A stretch of DNA of 32,000 nucleotides from Thermosulfurimonas dismutans. Lineage in GTDB: Bacteria; Desulfobacterota; Thermodesulfobacteria; Thermodesulfobacteriales; Thermodesulfobacteriaceae. How positions within the stretch are numbered: position 1 is the first letter of the stretch; each line of letters starts with the position of its first letter. Shown here piece by piece: positions 20,042-27,553 of this stretch. The notes beneath the pieces are model-generated. The model saw nothing but the letters and a program-made list of their open reading frames with translations. It did no database searches and had not been told where the DNA came from. The stretch is taken from assembly GCF_001652585.1 (NCBI RefSeq), contig NZ_LWLG01000019.1, positions 8,101 through 40,100 on the forward strand, written 5' to 3'. The position numbers and the translations under genes are program-made.

Positions 20042-20320
20042 ATGATAATCCCAGAACCCGGCCAGATAGTAAGGGTAAGGAACCAGACCTTTTTAGTTCA
20101 AGATGTTCACCCCTACTCAAACCCTGAGGCCACCTTTCACAAAGTCACCCTTGAGTCCTTGGAGGATCACCGCTTAGGCACATCCCTTGAAGTTATTTGG
20201 GAGCTTGAAGTCTCTCCCCGGGTCGAAGACGTGATAAGTTTTCCCGACCTTTCGGCCTGGGACCCTCCGGAAAGATTGGCCTCGGGTAAAAATATTTTGG
20301 ATCTGGAGTGGAGATCATGA
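20042..20320 (+). CDS. 92-aa ORF resembling the extreme N-terminus of RM/defence-associated SNF2-type helicases; a possible truncated remnant
   Basis: [17 protein letters not shown]...[23 protein letters not shown]...WDPPERL....ILDLEW recalls the N-terminal domain that precedes the helicase core in such proteins. Here the ORF stops, and its TGA overlaps the hsdM ATG (ATGA). The assignment is by recollection only. Confidence 0.3.
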   Translation: MIIPEPGQIVRVRNQTFLVQDVHPYSNPEATFHKVTLESLEDHRLGTSLEVIWELEVSPRVEDVISFPDLSAWDPPERLASGKNILDLEWRS

Positions 20321-22773
20321 ATAACGGAAAAATCACCTTGAAACAGCTCGAAACACACCTGTTTAAAGCCGCCGATATCCTGAGAGGCAAGATGGATGCC
20401 TCTGAATATAAGGAATACATCTTCGGCATGTTGTTTCTAAAGCGAGTTTCCGATGTCTTTGAGGCCAAGCAGGAAGAACTCAAAGAAAAGTTTAAAGCCC
20501 AAGGCTTTTCGGACCAGGAAGTAGAAGAACTTATCGAAGACCCCAATTTATACGCTGAGACCTTTTTTGTCCCTGAAAGGGCAAGGTGGAAGAACATCCT
20601 AAAACTTAAAGAAGATGTGGGAAACCAGTTAAACAAGGCCCTTTCCGCTTTGGAAGAACACAATCCCGAACTGGAAGGCGTTTTGAGGCATATAGATTTC
20701 AATGCGGTTAAGGGAAAAACCCGCCTCAAAGATCAGCAACTGGTGGATTTGATCCACCACTTCAATAAATACAGGTTAAGAAACGAAGATTTTGAGTTCC
20801 CTGACTTACTGGGAGCGGCCTATGAGTATCTGATTAAAGAATTTGCGGACTCTGCGGGCAAAAAAGGCGGCGAGTTTTATACTCCTTCGCAAGTAGTGCG
20901 GTTAATGGTGAGGCTTGTAAAACCGCAGGAAGGTATGACGGTGTATGACCCAACTTGTGGTTCCGGAGGTTTCCTCATCCAGGCAAGGCAGTATGTGGAG
21001 GAGCAAGGGCAGGATCCGAGAAACCTGGCTCTCTACGGTCAGGAATTGAATGGAGTTACCTGGTCGATCTGCAAGATGAATATGATTCTGCATGATATTC
21101 CCGATGCCTATATAGAGAATGAAGATACCATTACCACTCCTATGTTTGTTGAAAATGGATACATAAAGCGCTTCGACAGGGTTTTGGCCAATCCTCCTTT
21201 TTCTCAGAACTATAGCAAAGCAAACATGCAATATCCTGAAAGGTTCAAGTATGGCTTCACTCCGGAAAATGGAAAAAAAGCCGACTTGATGTTTTTACAA
21301 CACATGATCGCCAGCCTTAAGGATGATGGCGTTATGGCCACCGTAATGCCTCACGGAGTTCTTTTCAGAGGGGGGCAGGAGAAGGCCATTAGAGAAGGAA
21401 TTGTAAAGGATGACCTGATTGAGGCCATAATAGGCCTTCCCCCAAAACTTTTCTATAACACGGGCATACCTGCCTGCATCATAGTGATAAACAAGAGAAA
21501 GCCACCCCATCTCAAAGGAAAAATTCTCTTTATAAATGCTGATCGGGAATACGGAGAGGGAAGAAACCAAAACTATCTTAGGCCTGAAGACATTGAGAAA
21601 ATTGTTACCGTCTTTGAGGAGAAAAAGGAAATTCCGAAGTATTCAAGACTTGTGGATCTCAAGGAAATTGAGGAAAACGATTTTAACCTGAATATAAGAA
21701 GATACGTTGACAACTCTCCGGATCCTGAGATTGAGGACGTCCACGCCCATCTTGTCGGTGGAGTGCCCAAAAGAGAAGTAGAAATCTACAAAAAACAGAT
21801 GGAGAAGTTCAGAATCGGCCCGGAGGTTTTATTAAAGGAGAAAGATGACCGGTATTTTGAATTCAAAGAGATAAGCGAAAAAAACAAAATAAGAGAGATA
21901 GTTGAAAATCACAGTGGAGTTAAAGGAGTAATCTCAGAGCATTTTGAAAGGCTTTCCGAATGGTGGGAGAAGGTAAAAAAGGAGATAGAGGGTTTTCACG
22001 GCGGGAGCAACCTCTGGGATTTCAGAAACAGGGCAATAGCTGATTTGAAAGAAAAGTTACTGCCTCTTGGCGTTCTGGATGAGTTTCAGATTGCTGGCGT
22101 ATTTGTCAACTGGTGGGAAGCCCTGCGATACGACTTTAAGACCATCATTTCCTCCGGCTGGAGTAAAAGGCTGATTGAAGACGACAGGATTAAGAAAAAA
22201 TTCTTTTCTCAAGATTTAGAGGAGATCGAAGAGCTAGAGAGCAGGATTGCAGAAGTTGAAGGCGAACTGAACGAACTTCTAGATGAAGTTGAGGACTGGG
22301 ATGAGGAAGAATACGGAAAGAAGACCGCCAGTAAAGTGAAGAATTACCTGAAACAGATCGCCAAAGATTTGCGAGCCACTTTGCAGGAATCCGCCCTTAG
22401 AGAAGCCTCAAAGTGGGAAAGTTTGATCCAAAAAATAGAAAAAAAAGAAAGAGAACTGAGAAAGATTAAAAGAGACCTGAGAACAAAGGAGCAAGAGCTT
22501 GAAGAGAAAATAAAGCACAAGCGAGAATCTTTAACCGAAGGAGAGGCGAAAGAACTGCTCCTTGAGAAGTTTTACGATTTGATAAGCCAGCAGTTAGAGA
22601 AGTATCTGAATGCTGAAAAGAAAGACCTGATTAAGATTTTTGAGAAGCTGTGGGACAAATACAGCGTTTCACTGGAACAGTGGAAGAAAGAGCGAGATGA
22701 GGAAGTGCGAAAGCTTGACGATTTTCTGATAAGGCTGGGGTACTATGGAATATCTGCAAAAACTAGGACTTAA
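20317..22773 (+). CDS. hsdM: type I restriction-modification system methyltransferase subunit HsdM (long form with a coiled-coil C-terminal extension)
   Basis: I prefer the ATG at 20317 because GGAGTGGAG lies upstream. It has an HsdM_N region ([33 protein letters not shown]), SAM motif I ([11 protein letters not shown]) and catalytic motif IV (NPPF in LANPPFSQ). The last ~300 aa are E/K-rich coiled coil. Confidence 0.9.
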   Translation: MNNGKITLKQLETHLFKAADILRGKMDASEYKEYIFGMLFLKRVSDVFEAKQEELKEKFKAQGFSDQEVEELIEDPNLYAETFFVPERARWKNILKLKEDVGNQLNKALSALEEHNPELEGVLRHIDFNAVKGKTRLKDQQLVDLIHHFNKYRLRNEDFEFPDLLGAAYEYLIKEFADSAGKKGGEFYTPSQVVRLMVRLVKPQEGMTVYDPTCGSGGFLIQARQYVEEQGQDPRNLALYGQELNGVTWSICKMNMILHDIPDAYIENEDTITTPMFVENGYIKRFDRVLANPPFSQNYSKANMQYPERFKYGFTPENGKKADLMFLQHMIASLKDDGVMATVMPHGVLFRGGQEKAIREGIVKDDLIEAIIGLPPKLFYNTGIPACIIVINKRKPPHLKGKILFINADREYGEGRNQNYLRPEDIEKIVTVFEEKKEIPKYSRLVDLKEIEENDFNLNIRRYVDNSPDPEIEDVHAHLVGGVPKREVEIYKKQMEKFRIGPEVLLKEKDDRYFEFKEISEKNKIREIVENHSGVKGVISEHFERLSEWWEKVKKEIEGFHGGSNLWDFRNRAIADLKEKLLPLGVLDEFQIAGVFVNWWEALRYDFKTIISSGWSKRLIEDDRIKKKFFSQDLEEIEELESRIAEVEGELNELLDEVEDWDEEEYGKKTASKVKNYLKQIAKDLRATLQESALREASKWESLIQKIEKKERELRKIKRDLRTKEQELEEKIKHKRESLTEGEAKELLLEKFYDLISQQLEKYLNAEKKDLIKIFEKLWDKYSVSLEQWKKERDEEVRKLDDFLIRLGYYGISAKTRT

Positions 22774-22792
22774 TGAGAGGTAGATTAAGCTA

Positions 22793-22957
22793 ATGAAATT
22801 TGTAAAAGAAAACAAGGTTATAACCCTGTCCTCCGCAAAAAATTTGATACCTGATGTTTCGGACAAGACACTTTATAGAGACTTGCAGGAGTTGGTTAGA
22901 AAAAAGATACTAAAAGAAATTGGTGAAAAGAAGGGAAGAAAATATGTTCCTGCATAA
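22793..22957 (+). CDS. 54-aa winged-helix/HTH protein (Fic/AlbA_2-type C-terminal wHTH-like)
   Basis: This ORF is not in the track because it is shorter than 60 aa. It reads MKFVKENKVITLSSAKNLIPDVSDKTLYRDLQELVRKKILKEIGEKKGRKYVPA. The ...TLYRDLxELVxKxILxxxGxxKGxKY pattern is a common wHTH found at the C-terminus of Fic and AlbA_2 proteins. Confidence 0.45.
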   Translation: MKFVKENKVITLSSAKNLIPDVSDKTLYRDLQELVRKKILKEIGEKKGRKYVPA

Positions 22958-23052
22958 CAGGAATTTATCAGACATAACAACCATATTTTGGGCATTTATA
23001 TGAATGGAACAAAATAAGGTGATATAGTTTAATAAGAGGAGAGATAACCGAA

Positions 23053-23868
23053 ATGTACGAAGACTGTTTTTTGGCTTACCTGGACATACTGGGTTTTAAG
23101 GATAAAATAAAAGAGACAGAAATAAACCTAAAAGAATTAAAAACTTTAATTGAAGCTTTAAAAATAAATACGAAGTTCACACAATCAGGTGGAAAAAAGA
23201 CAACAGCTAGTGGGACGCTCGAAATACGGAGTTTCTTCTTTTCAGACAGTTTCCTTTTCATGATGAAAGCAAACAAAGAAAATCTACCACATCTCTTTCT
23301 TATTATCCGGTATCTGCAAGATAGACTTTGGGAATACAAACTGTGTTTAAGAGGTGCTATGGTAAAGGGGAAGATGTACTGGCCTAATATAAGAGAGAAC
23401 ATAATTTTAGGTCCTGCTATGATTAAAGCTTATAAGCTGGAGTCTGAAGTTGCAATATACCCAAGAATAATTGTAAGCGAAGATCTATACCGCTACATCA
23501 AAGATAAGAAAATTTCTGCATATCCTGTGTCCGAAGAGGGGGAATTAAAAGAATTTATCAAAAAAGACAAAGATGGCGTTTATTTTTTTGATATACTTAA
23601 TCCAAATATTTTGAGAAAAAAAGGAGAAAAGATAATTACGATAAATGAAAGAGAAAACATGATAGATAATGATACAAAATACGGGAAGTCTTTTAGTATT
23701 ACATGGAATTCATCTGAAGTTAGTAATTACGAGAATATCATAACTACAGTAAAAGAAATAGTCAAAAATAGTAAGGGAAATCAAAATCCGGTGGTTAAGC
23801 AAAAATATAGTTGGTTGTCGTACTATTTAGAAGAAGTACAAGAAAGAGAAAAGGAGGGCAAGAAATAA
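23053..23868 (+). CDS. hypothetical protein with class III nucleotidyl-cyclase / GGDEF-like palm motifs plus an unassigned C-terminal half
   Basis: 271 aa with AGGAG ~11 nt upstream. The motif order matches a cyclase homology domain: AYLD11ILGFK (cf. FxDIxGFT), FFFSD65SFLF (cf. IGDAYM), CLRGAMVKGKMYW (cf. RIGIHTGxV) and GPAMIKAYKLESEVAIYPRIIVSEDLY (cf. GDTVNxASRMESxGxPGxIxVSExTY). Calling it a CDS is safe. The fold call is a by-eye inference. Confidence 0.5.
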   Translation: MYEDCFLAYLDILGFKDKIKETEINLKELKTLIEALKINTKFTQSGGKKTTASGTLEIRSFFFSDSFLFMMKANKENLPHLFLIIRYLQDRLWEYKLCLRGAMVKGKMYWPNIRENIILGPAMIKAYKLESEVAIYPRIIVSEDLYRYIKDKKISAYPVSEEGELKEFIKKDKDGVYFFDILNPNILRKKGEKIITINERENMIDNDTKYGKSFSITWNSSEVSNYENIITTVKEIVKNSKGNQNPVVKQKYSWLSYYLEEVQEREKEGKK

Positions 23869-24019
23869 TAGATAACATTTCTGAGGATTGTTCAAAGAAA
23901 ATAGTGGCAAAAGAGCCGGTTTCTAGTATGAGATTGTAAAGTAATTGCACATATTGCATAATGATTACACATAAATTGCACAATGAATGTAATACTAAAA
24001 GAGCAAAAAGGGTATAAAA

Positions 24020-25312
24020 ATGCCTGAAGATGTAAAAGTGTCTGAGGAGTGGAGAAAAATACCATTGCTTGAAAAGTTAGCATTTATTAAAGGTAAAGCT
24101 CCAAGAAAATTTTACAATTTCAAAGAAAAAAATACAATAAGGTATTTAACCCCTGAATATTTGCGAGGGAGAAATCACGAAACTCTTTATTGCAACATTA
24201 ATGAAGCTGAGATAGTCAATGATGATGTAGTCCTACTATGGGATGGGTCTAATGCTGGTGAAATCTTCTTTGCAAAAGATGGAGCAATTGCTTCAACTAT
24301 GGCAAAAATTGAAATTGATGAAAAATTACATAAACGATTTTTCTACTACTACTTGAAATTCCATGAACCGATTTTCAAATATCAAATAAAGGGCTCAGGA
24401 ATTCCACACGTTGAAAAGGATATCTTTGGATTGCTGCCTAATACGTTCCCACCCCTCCCCGAACAACGCAAAATCGCCGAAATTCTTGAAACAGTTGATA
24501 ACGCCATAGAAAAGACGGACAGGATCATAGAGAAATACAAGCGAATCAAGCAGGGCTTGATGCAGGATTTGCTGACCAAAGGTATAGACGAAAACGGACA
24601 GATAAGAAGCGAAGAAACGCACAAGTTCAAGGATTCGCCCCTCGGCAGGATTCCGGAGGAGTGGGAGGTTGTGGAGTTAGATGAAGTGGCAGATATAAGA
24701 CTGAGTAATGTTGATAAAAAAATTAAGCCTAATGAGGTTACAGTTAAACTCTGCAACTATCTGGAAGTTTATCAAAATGAATACATAACTTCAACACTAA
24801 ACTTTATGAGAGGGACAATCACAAAAAACGAAAAAGGAAAATTTATGATTAATAAAGGCGATGTAATAATAACAAAAGATTCAGAAACGTTTGAAGATAT
24901 TGCCAAACCTACTTATATTAAGGATGAGATAAAGGATTTGGTATGTGGTTATCATCTTTGTTTACTAAAACCGTATACCAATTTGGTTAATGGGTTATAT
25001 TTGGCTAAGATTATAGGATTCCATCGAGTGAATAAACATTTCCAGAATTTAGCAAATGGAATTACGAGATTTGGTTTATCAAAAGACACCATTGCTAATG
25101 CTTTAATCCCTCTCCCACCACTCCCAGAACAAAAACGCATCGCCTCAATTCTCTCGCAAATAGACGAAACCATTGAAAAAGAGCAAAAATATAAAGAAAA
25201 ACTTGAAAGAATTAAGCGGGGACTGATGGAAGATTTACTTACGGGAACGATCAGAGTTAGCTCTTTAATTGAGGGGGGACCGGATGAAAATAAAAAGAAT
25301 ACATATCCATAA
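24020..25312 (+). CDS. hsdS: type I restriction-modification system specificity subunit HsdS
   Basis: 430 aa with two variable target-recognition domains. They are separated and followed by the conserved helices LPPLPEQRKIAEILETVDNAIEKTDRIIEKYKRIKQGLMQDLLT and LPPLPEQKRIASILSQIDETIEKEQKYKEKLERIKRGLMEDLLTG. Confidence 0.9.
   Translation: MPEDVKVSEEWRKIPLLEKLAFIKGKAPRKFYNFKEKNTIRYLTPEYLRGRNHETLYCNINEAEIVNDDVVLLWDGSNAGEIFFAKDGAIASTMAKIEIDEKLHKRFFYYYLKFHEPIFKYQIKGSGIPHVEKDIFGLLPNTFPPLPEQRKIAEILETVDNAIEKTDRIIEKYKRIKQGLMQDLLTKGIDENGQIRSEETHKFKDSPLGRIPEEWEVVELDEVADIRLSNVDKKIKPNEVTVKLCNYLEVYQNEYITSTLNFMRGTITKNEKGKFMINKGDVIITKDSETFEDIAKPTYIKDEIKDLVCGYHLCLLKPYTNLVNGLYLAKIIGFHRVNKHFQNLANGITRFGLSKDTIANALIPLPPLPEQKRIASILSQIDETIEKEQKYKEKLERIKRGLMEDLLTGTIRVSSLIEGGPDENKKNTYP
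25172..25246 (+). repeat. hsdS 3' conserved-helix segment, copy 1 of a direct repeat (partner 27134-27208)
   Basis: By-eye alignment shows a near-identical core, GAGCAAAAATAYAAAGAAAAACTTGAAAGAATTAAGC, with roughly 85% identity over ~75 nt. Confidence 0.75.
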
Positions 25313-27044
25313 TTTTCGTTCTATAAAGGATGTAAGTATTGAATTGGAGAATTACTCTCTACTTATTGGAGAAAATAATGCTGGGAAAACAAATATTATG
25401 AGGGCGTTAAGAGTTTTTTATGATGATTTGAAATATGATCCGAAAAAAGATTGGCCCAAATTTAATGATGTTAGTGATGACGAAGCATGGATAGAGATAA
25501 AATATTTAACTACGGATGAAGAACAAGCGCAATTAAAGAAGGAGTATAGGAGCAATGACAATATTTTGAAGGTGAGAAAAATTCTAAAGACCAATAAAGA
25601 ACCGTTCAAATCGAAAGTTAAAGCAAATCAAAGCAATATTTTCGCTTATGAGAATGAAACTTTATCGGAAAATTTCTTTTATGGAGCAAAGAATATATCT
25701 CAATCTAAATTAGGGACCATTATTTACATACCCGAAATAAGTAAAATTGAGGAATCCATCAAAATGACTGGACCTTCTCCTCTTAGGAATATACTGCATT
25801 TTGTAATTAAAAAAATAATAGAAAAAAGTGAGAGTTATGCATCTCTTAGATCTGCATTTGAAGATTTTAATAAAAATTTTAAGGAAGAGTCTATTGATGG
25901 AATTTCCCTTGCAAATTTAACAGAAGAAATAAACAAAGAACTTAAAGAATGGAATGTGAAATTTGGGTTAGATATAAATCCGATAAGAATAGATGATATC
26001 ATTGCAAAACTTGTCTCTCATTATATTGAGGATAGCCAATTAGATGATCAAAGATTAAGCATTGATTCTTTTGGGCAGGGATTGCAACGACACTTGATAT
26101 ATACACTTATAAAATTATCTACAAAATATACTGATACTCCGAAAACTGCAAAAAAGGATTTTTCTCCTGATTTCACGTTAATTTTATTTGAAGAACCAGA
26201 GGCTTTTTTACATCCTTCGCAACAAGAAAAATTAAATATCAGTTTAGCTAAATTGGCAGAAGATGAAAGTCAACAGATATTAATTACAACACATTCTCCT
26301 ATGTTTGTAAGCAAAAATATAAGCAATATTTCTTCTTTGATAAAAGTCAACAGAGATAAAGAAACAAAAACTTTTCAGATCAAAAAAGAAGAAATTGATT
26401 CTTTATACGATGAGAACACTTCTATGTTTCAATTTTTCTTAGATAAATTAAATTCTCAAGATATAGGTGACGAATTAAAACAAAAAATAAGAAAGAGAAA
26501 TCTGGCAAGAGAAACAGACAATGTGGAAATCAAATTGAAAGAAGAATCTTTTAAATATTTTCTGTGGCTTGATAGCGAGAGATCAAATCTATTTTTCGCT
26601 AAACATGTTGTTATTTGTGAAGGTGCTACGGAAAAAATATTTTTTGATTATTTGATAAATACAAAATGGTCCGATCTAAAAGACCGACATATTTATTTTT
26701 TGGATTCTATGGGGAAATTTAATGTTCATCGATATATGAACCTTTTTAACTTATTGGGGATTAACCATTCCGTATTAATAGACAGAGATAAAGATATAGA
26801 AATTCACGATCTAATAAATAGCTTCATAGAAGATAATAAAAATGAATTTACCTGCAAAATACATTATTTTGACCCTGATATAGAAGGTTTTTTAGGTATT
26901 GAAAAACCAAAAGATAGTAGACAGAAACCATTAAATATAATGGTTAAATACTCAGAAGGACAAATACCTGAATCTAAAATAAATGAATTGCGAGCTATTA
27001 TAGAAGGATTATTAAAGCATGACCAAAATGTACCGCAAGCTTGA
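25284..27044 (+). CDS. OLD-family nuclease (ABC-type ATPase fused to a TOPRIM domain)
   Basis: I prefer the ATG at 25284 because GAGGGGGGA lies upstream. The N-terminus is MKIKRIHIHNFRSIKD. It has Walker A (GENNAGKTN), Walker B/D-loop (LILFEEPEAFLHP), TTHSP, and TOPRIM motifs (VVICEGATEKIFF ... LIDRDKD). It overlaps the hsdS 3' end by 29 nt and terminates inside the hsdR-5' stub. Confidence 0.8.
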   Translation: MKIKRIHIHNFRSIKDVSIELENYSLLIGENNAGKTNIMRALRVFYDDLKYDPKKDWPKFNDVSDDEAWIEIKYLTTDEEQAQLKKEYRSNDNILKVRKILKTNKEPFKSKVKANQSNIFAYENETLSENFFYGAKNISQSKLGTIIYIPEISKIEESIKMTGPSPLRNILHFVIKKIIEKSESYASLRSAFEDFNKNFKEESIDGISLANLTEEINKELKEWNVKFGLDINPIRIDDIIAKLVSHYIEDSQLDDQRLSIDSFGQGLQRHLIYTLIKLSTKYTDTPKTAKKDFSPDFTLILFEEPEAFLHPSQQEKLNISLAKLAEDESQQILITTHSPMFVSKNISNISSLIKVNRDKETKTFQIKKEEIDSLYDENTSMFQFFLDKLNSQDIGDELKQKIRKRNLARETDNVEIKLKEESFKYFLWLDSERSNLFFAKHVVICEGATEKIFFDYLINTKWSDLKDRHIYFLDSMGKFNVHRYMNLFNLLGINHSVLIDRDKDIEIHDLINSFIEDNKNEFTCKIHYFDPDIEGFLGIEKPKDSRQKPLNIMVKYSEGQIPESKINELRAIIEGLLKHDQNVPQA

Positions 27045-27126
27045 CGAAAAACACTATGCGGAAAACCCCTTCCTGGCCCAGCTCAAGAAGCTCGGCTGGA
27101 AGATTTACAGGCAGAACAAAGACAAT
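27026..27126 (+). repeat. copy A of the hsdR 5'-end direct repeat (partner 27890-27990)
   Basis: Aligned by eye over 101 nt, I count about 10 mismatches (~90% identity). Both copies start at AAATGTACCGCAAGCTTGACGA. Confidence 0.85.
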
Positions 27127-27138
27127 AAGGGAAATTGA
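27028..27138 (+). pseudogene. vestigial hsdR 5' end (33 hsdR codons followed by a premature stop)
   Basis: It encodes [36 protein letters not shown]. The intact HsdR N-terminus is [36 protein letters not shown]... Confidence 0.75.
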
Positions 27139-27244
27139 AAAGGAGCAAAAATACAAAGAAAAACTTGAAAGAATTAAGCAAGGATTGATGGAGAATTTGT
27201 TGACTGGAAAGGTGAAAGTTAATCACCTGATTAAGGATGCTTAA
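27127..27244 (+). pseudogene. vestigial hsdS 3' end (C-terminal conserved helix only)
   Basis: It encodes ...REIEKEQKYKEKLERIKQGLMENLLTGKVKVNHLIKDA*, which parallels the HsdS C-terminus ETIEKEQKYKEKLERIKRGLMEDLLTG. It is out of frame with the hsdR stub. The track ORF 27041-27244 is a chimera of the two remnants. Confidence 0.75.
27134..27208 (+). repeat. hsdS 3' conserved-helix segment, copy 2 of a direct repeat (partner 25172-25246)
   Basis: See the copy 1 entry. Both copies have the same orientation. Confidence 0.75.
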
Positions 27245-27256
27245 GTAAAGAAAATT

Positions 27257-27553
27257 ATGAAAAGCCTCGAAGAAATAAGAAAATTTATAAAGAATCAAAA
27301 AAAAGAACTGGAGCAAAGATTCGGAATCAAAACGATCGGTATTTTCGGTTCTTATGCCAGAAATGAACAAACCGAAAAAAGCGATCTGGACGTTCTTATA
27401 GAATTTAAAGAAGGATATGAGACCTTCAGAAATTACATGCAGTTAAAATTTTATCTTGAAGATAATCTCGGAATGGAAGTTGACCTGGTTATAGCTTCTA
27501 CCTTAAAAGAAAGATTGAAACCTTATATAATGAAAGAAGTCTTATATGTCTAA
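27257..27553 (+). CDS. mntA: minimal nucleotidyltransferase antitoxin (MNT/MntA)
   Basis: 98 aa. [23 protein letters not shown] is the GS-x(10)-DxD pol-beta NTase signature. Confidence 0.85.
   Translation: MKSLEEIRKFIKNQKKELEQRFGIKTIGIFGSYARNEQTEKSDLDVLIEFKEGYETFRNYMQLKFYLEDNLGMEVDLVIASTLKERLKPYIMKEVLYV

Noticed and set aside
22439-22446. An A8 homopolymer in the hsdM C-terminal extension (and a G6 at 25273-25278 in the hsdS tail / OLD SD) considered as slip-strand phase-variation switches.
   Set aside because: Runs of this length arise naturally from the Lys/Glu-rich coding (KIEKKERE) in this AT-rich segment. There are no multiple alleles to compare. I kept only the C7 tract at 2235-2241 as noteworthy, because it lies exactly at a domain junction with an immediate out-of-frame stop.
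23795-24083. Two minus-strand ORFs (62 and 63 aa) in the spacer upstream of hsdS.
   Set aside because: They lie in an AT-rich intergenic region where random ORFs are expected. They are hydrophobic and low-complexity, they overlap the ends of the hsdS and cyclase-like genes, and they have no SD.
23053-27044. Calling the cyclase-like gene a Pycsar or CBASS system, or calling the OLD gene Gabija or PARIS.
   Set aside because: There is no cNMP-binding, TIR or TM effector next to the cyclase-like ORF. No CD-NTase motifs are present. No UvrD-like GajB or separate DUF4435 partner lies next to the OLD gene. The known system definitions are not met.
27041-27244. The track ORF of 67 aa (MTKNTMRKTPSWPSS...EKEQKYKEKLERIKQGLMENLLTGKVKVNHLIKDA) considered as a real small gene.
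   Set aside because: Its first half is the hsdR 5' repeat read out of frame from a TTG. Only its second half (the hsdS tail) is meaningful. It is better explained as two juxtaposed gene remnants.
24020-27244. A phase-variable hsdS shufflon, that is, specificity switching between the full hsdS and the hsdS stub.
   Set aside because: The repeats are direct rather than inverted. The stub contains no target-recognition domain to donate, and no site-specific recombinase is nearby. Only deletion, not specificity shuffling, is predicted.
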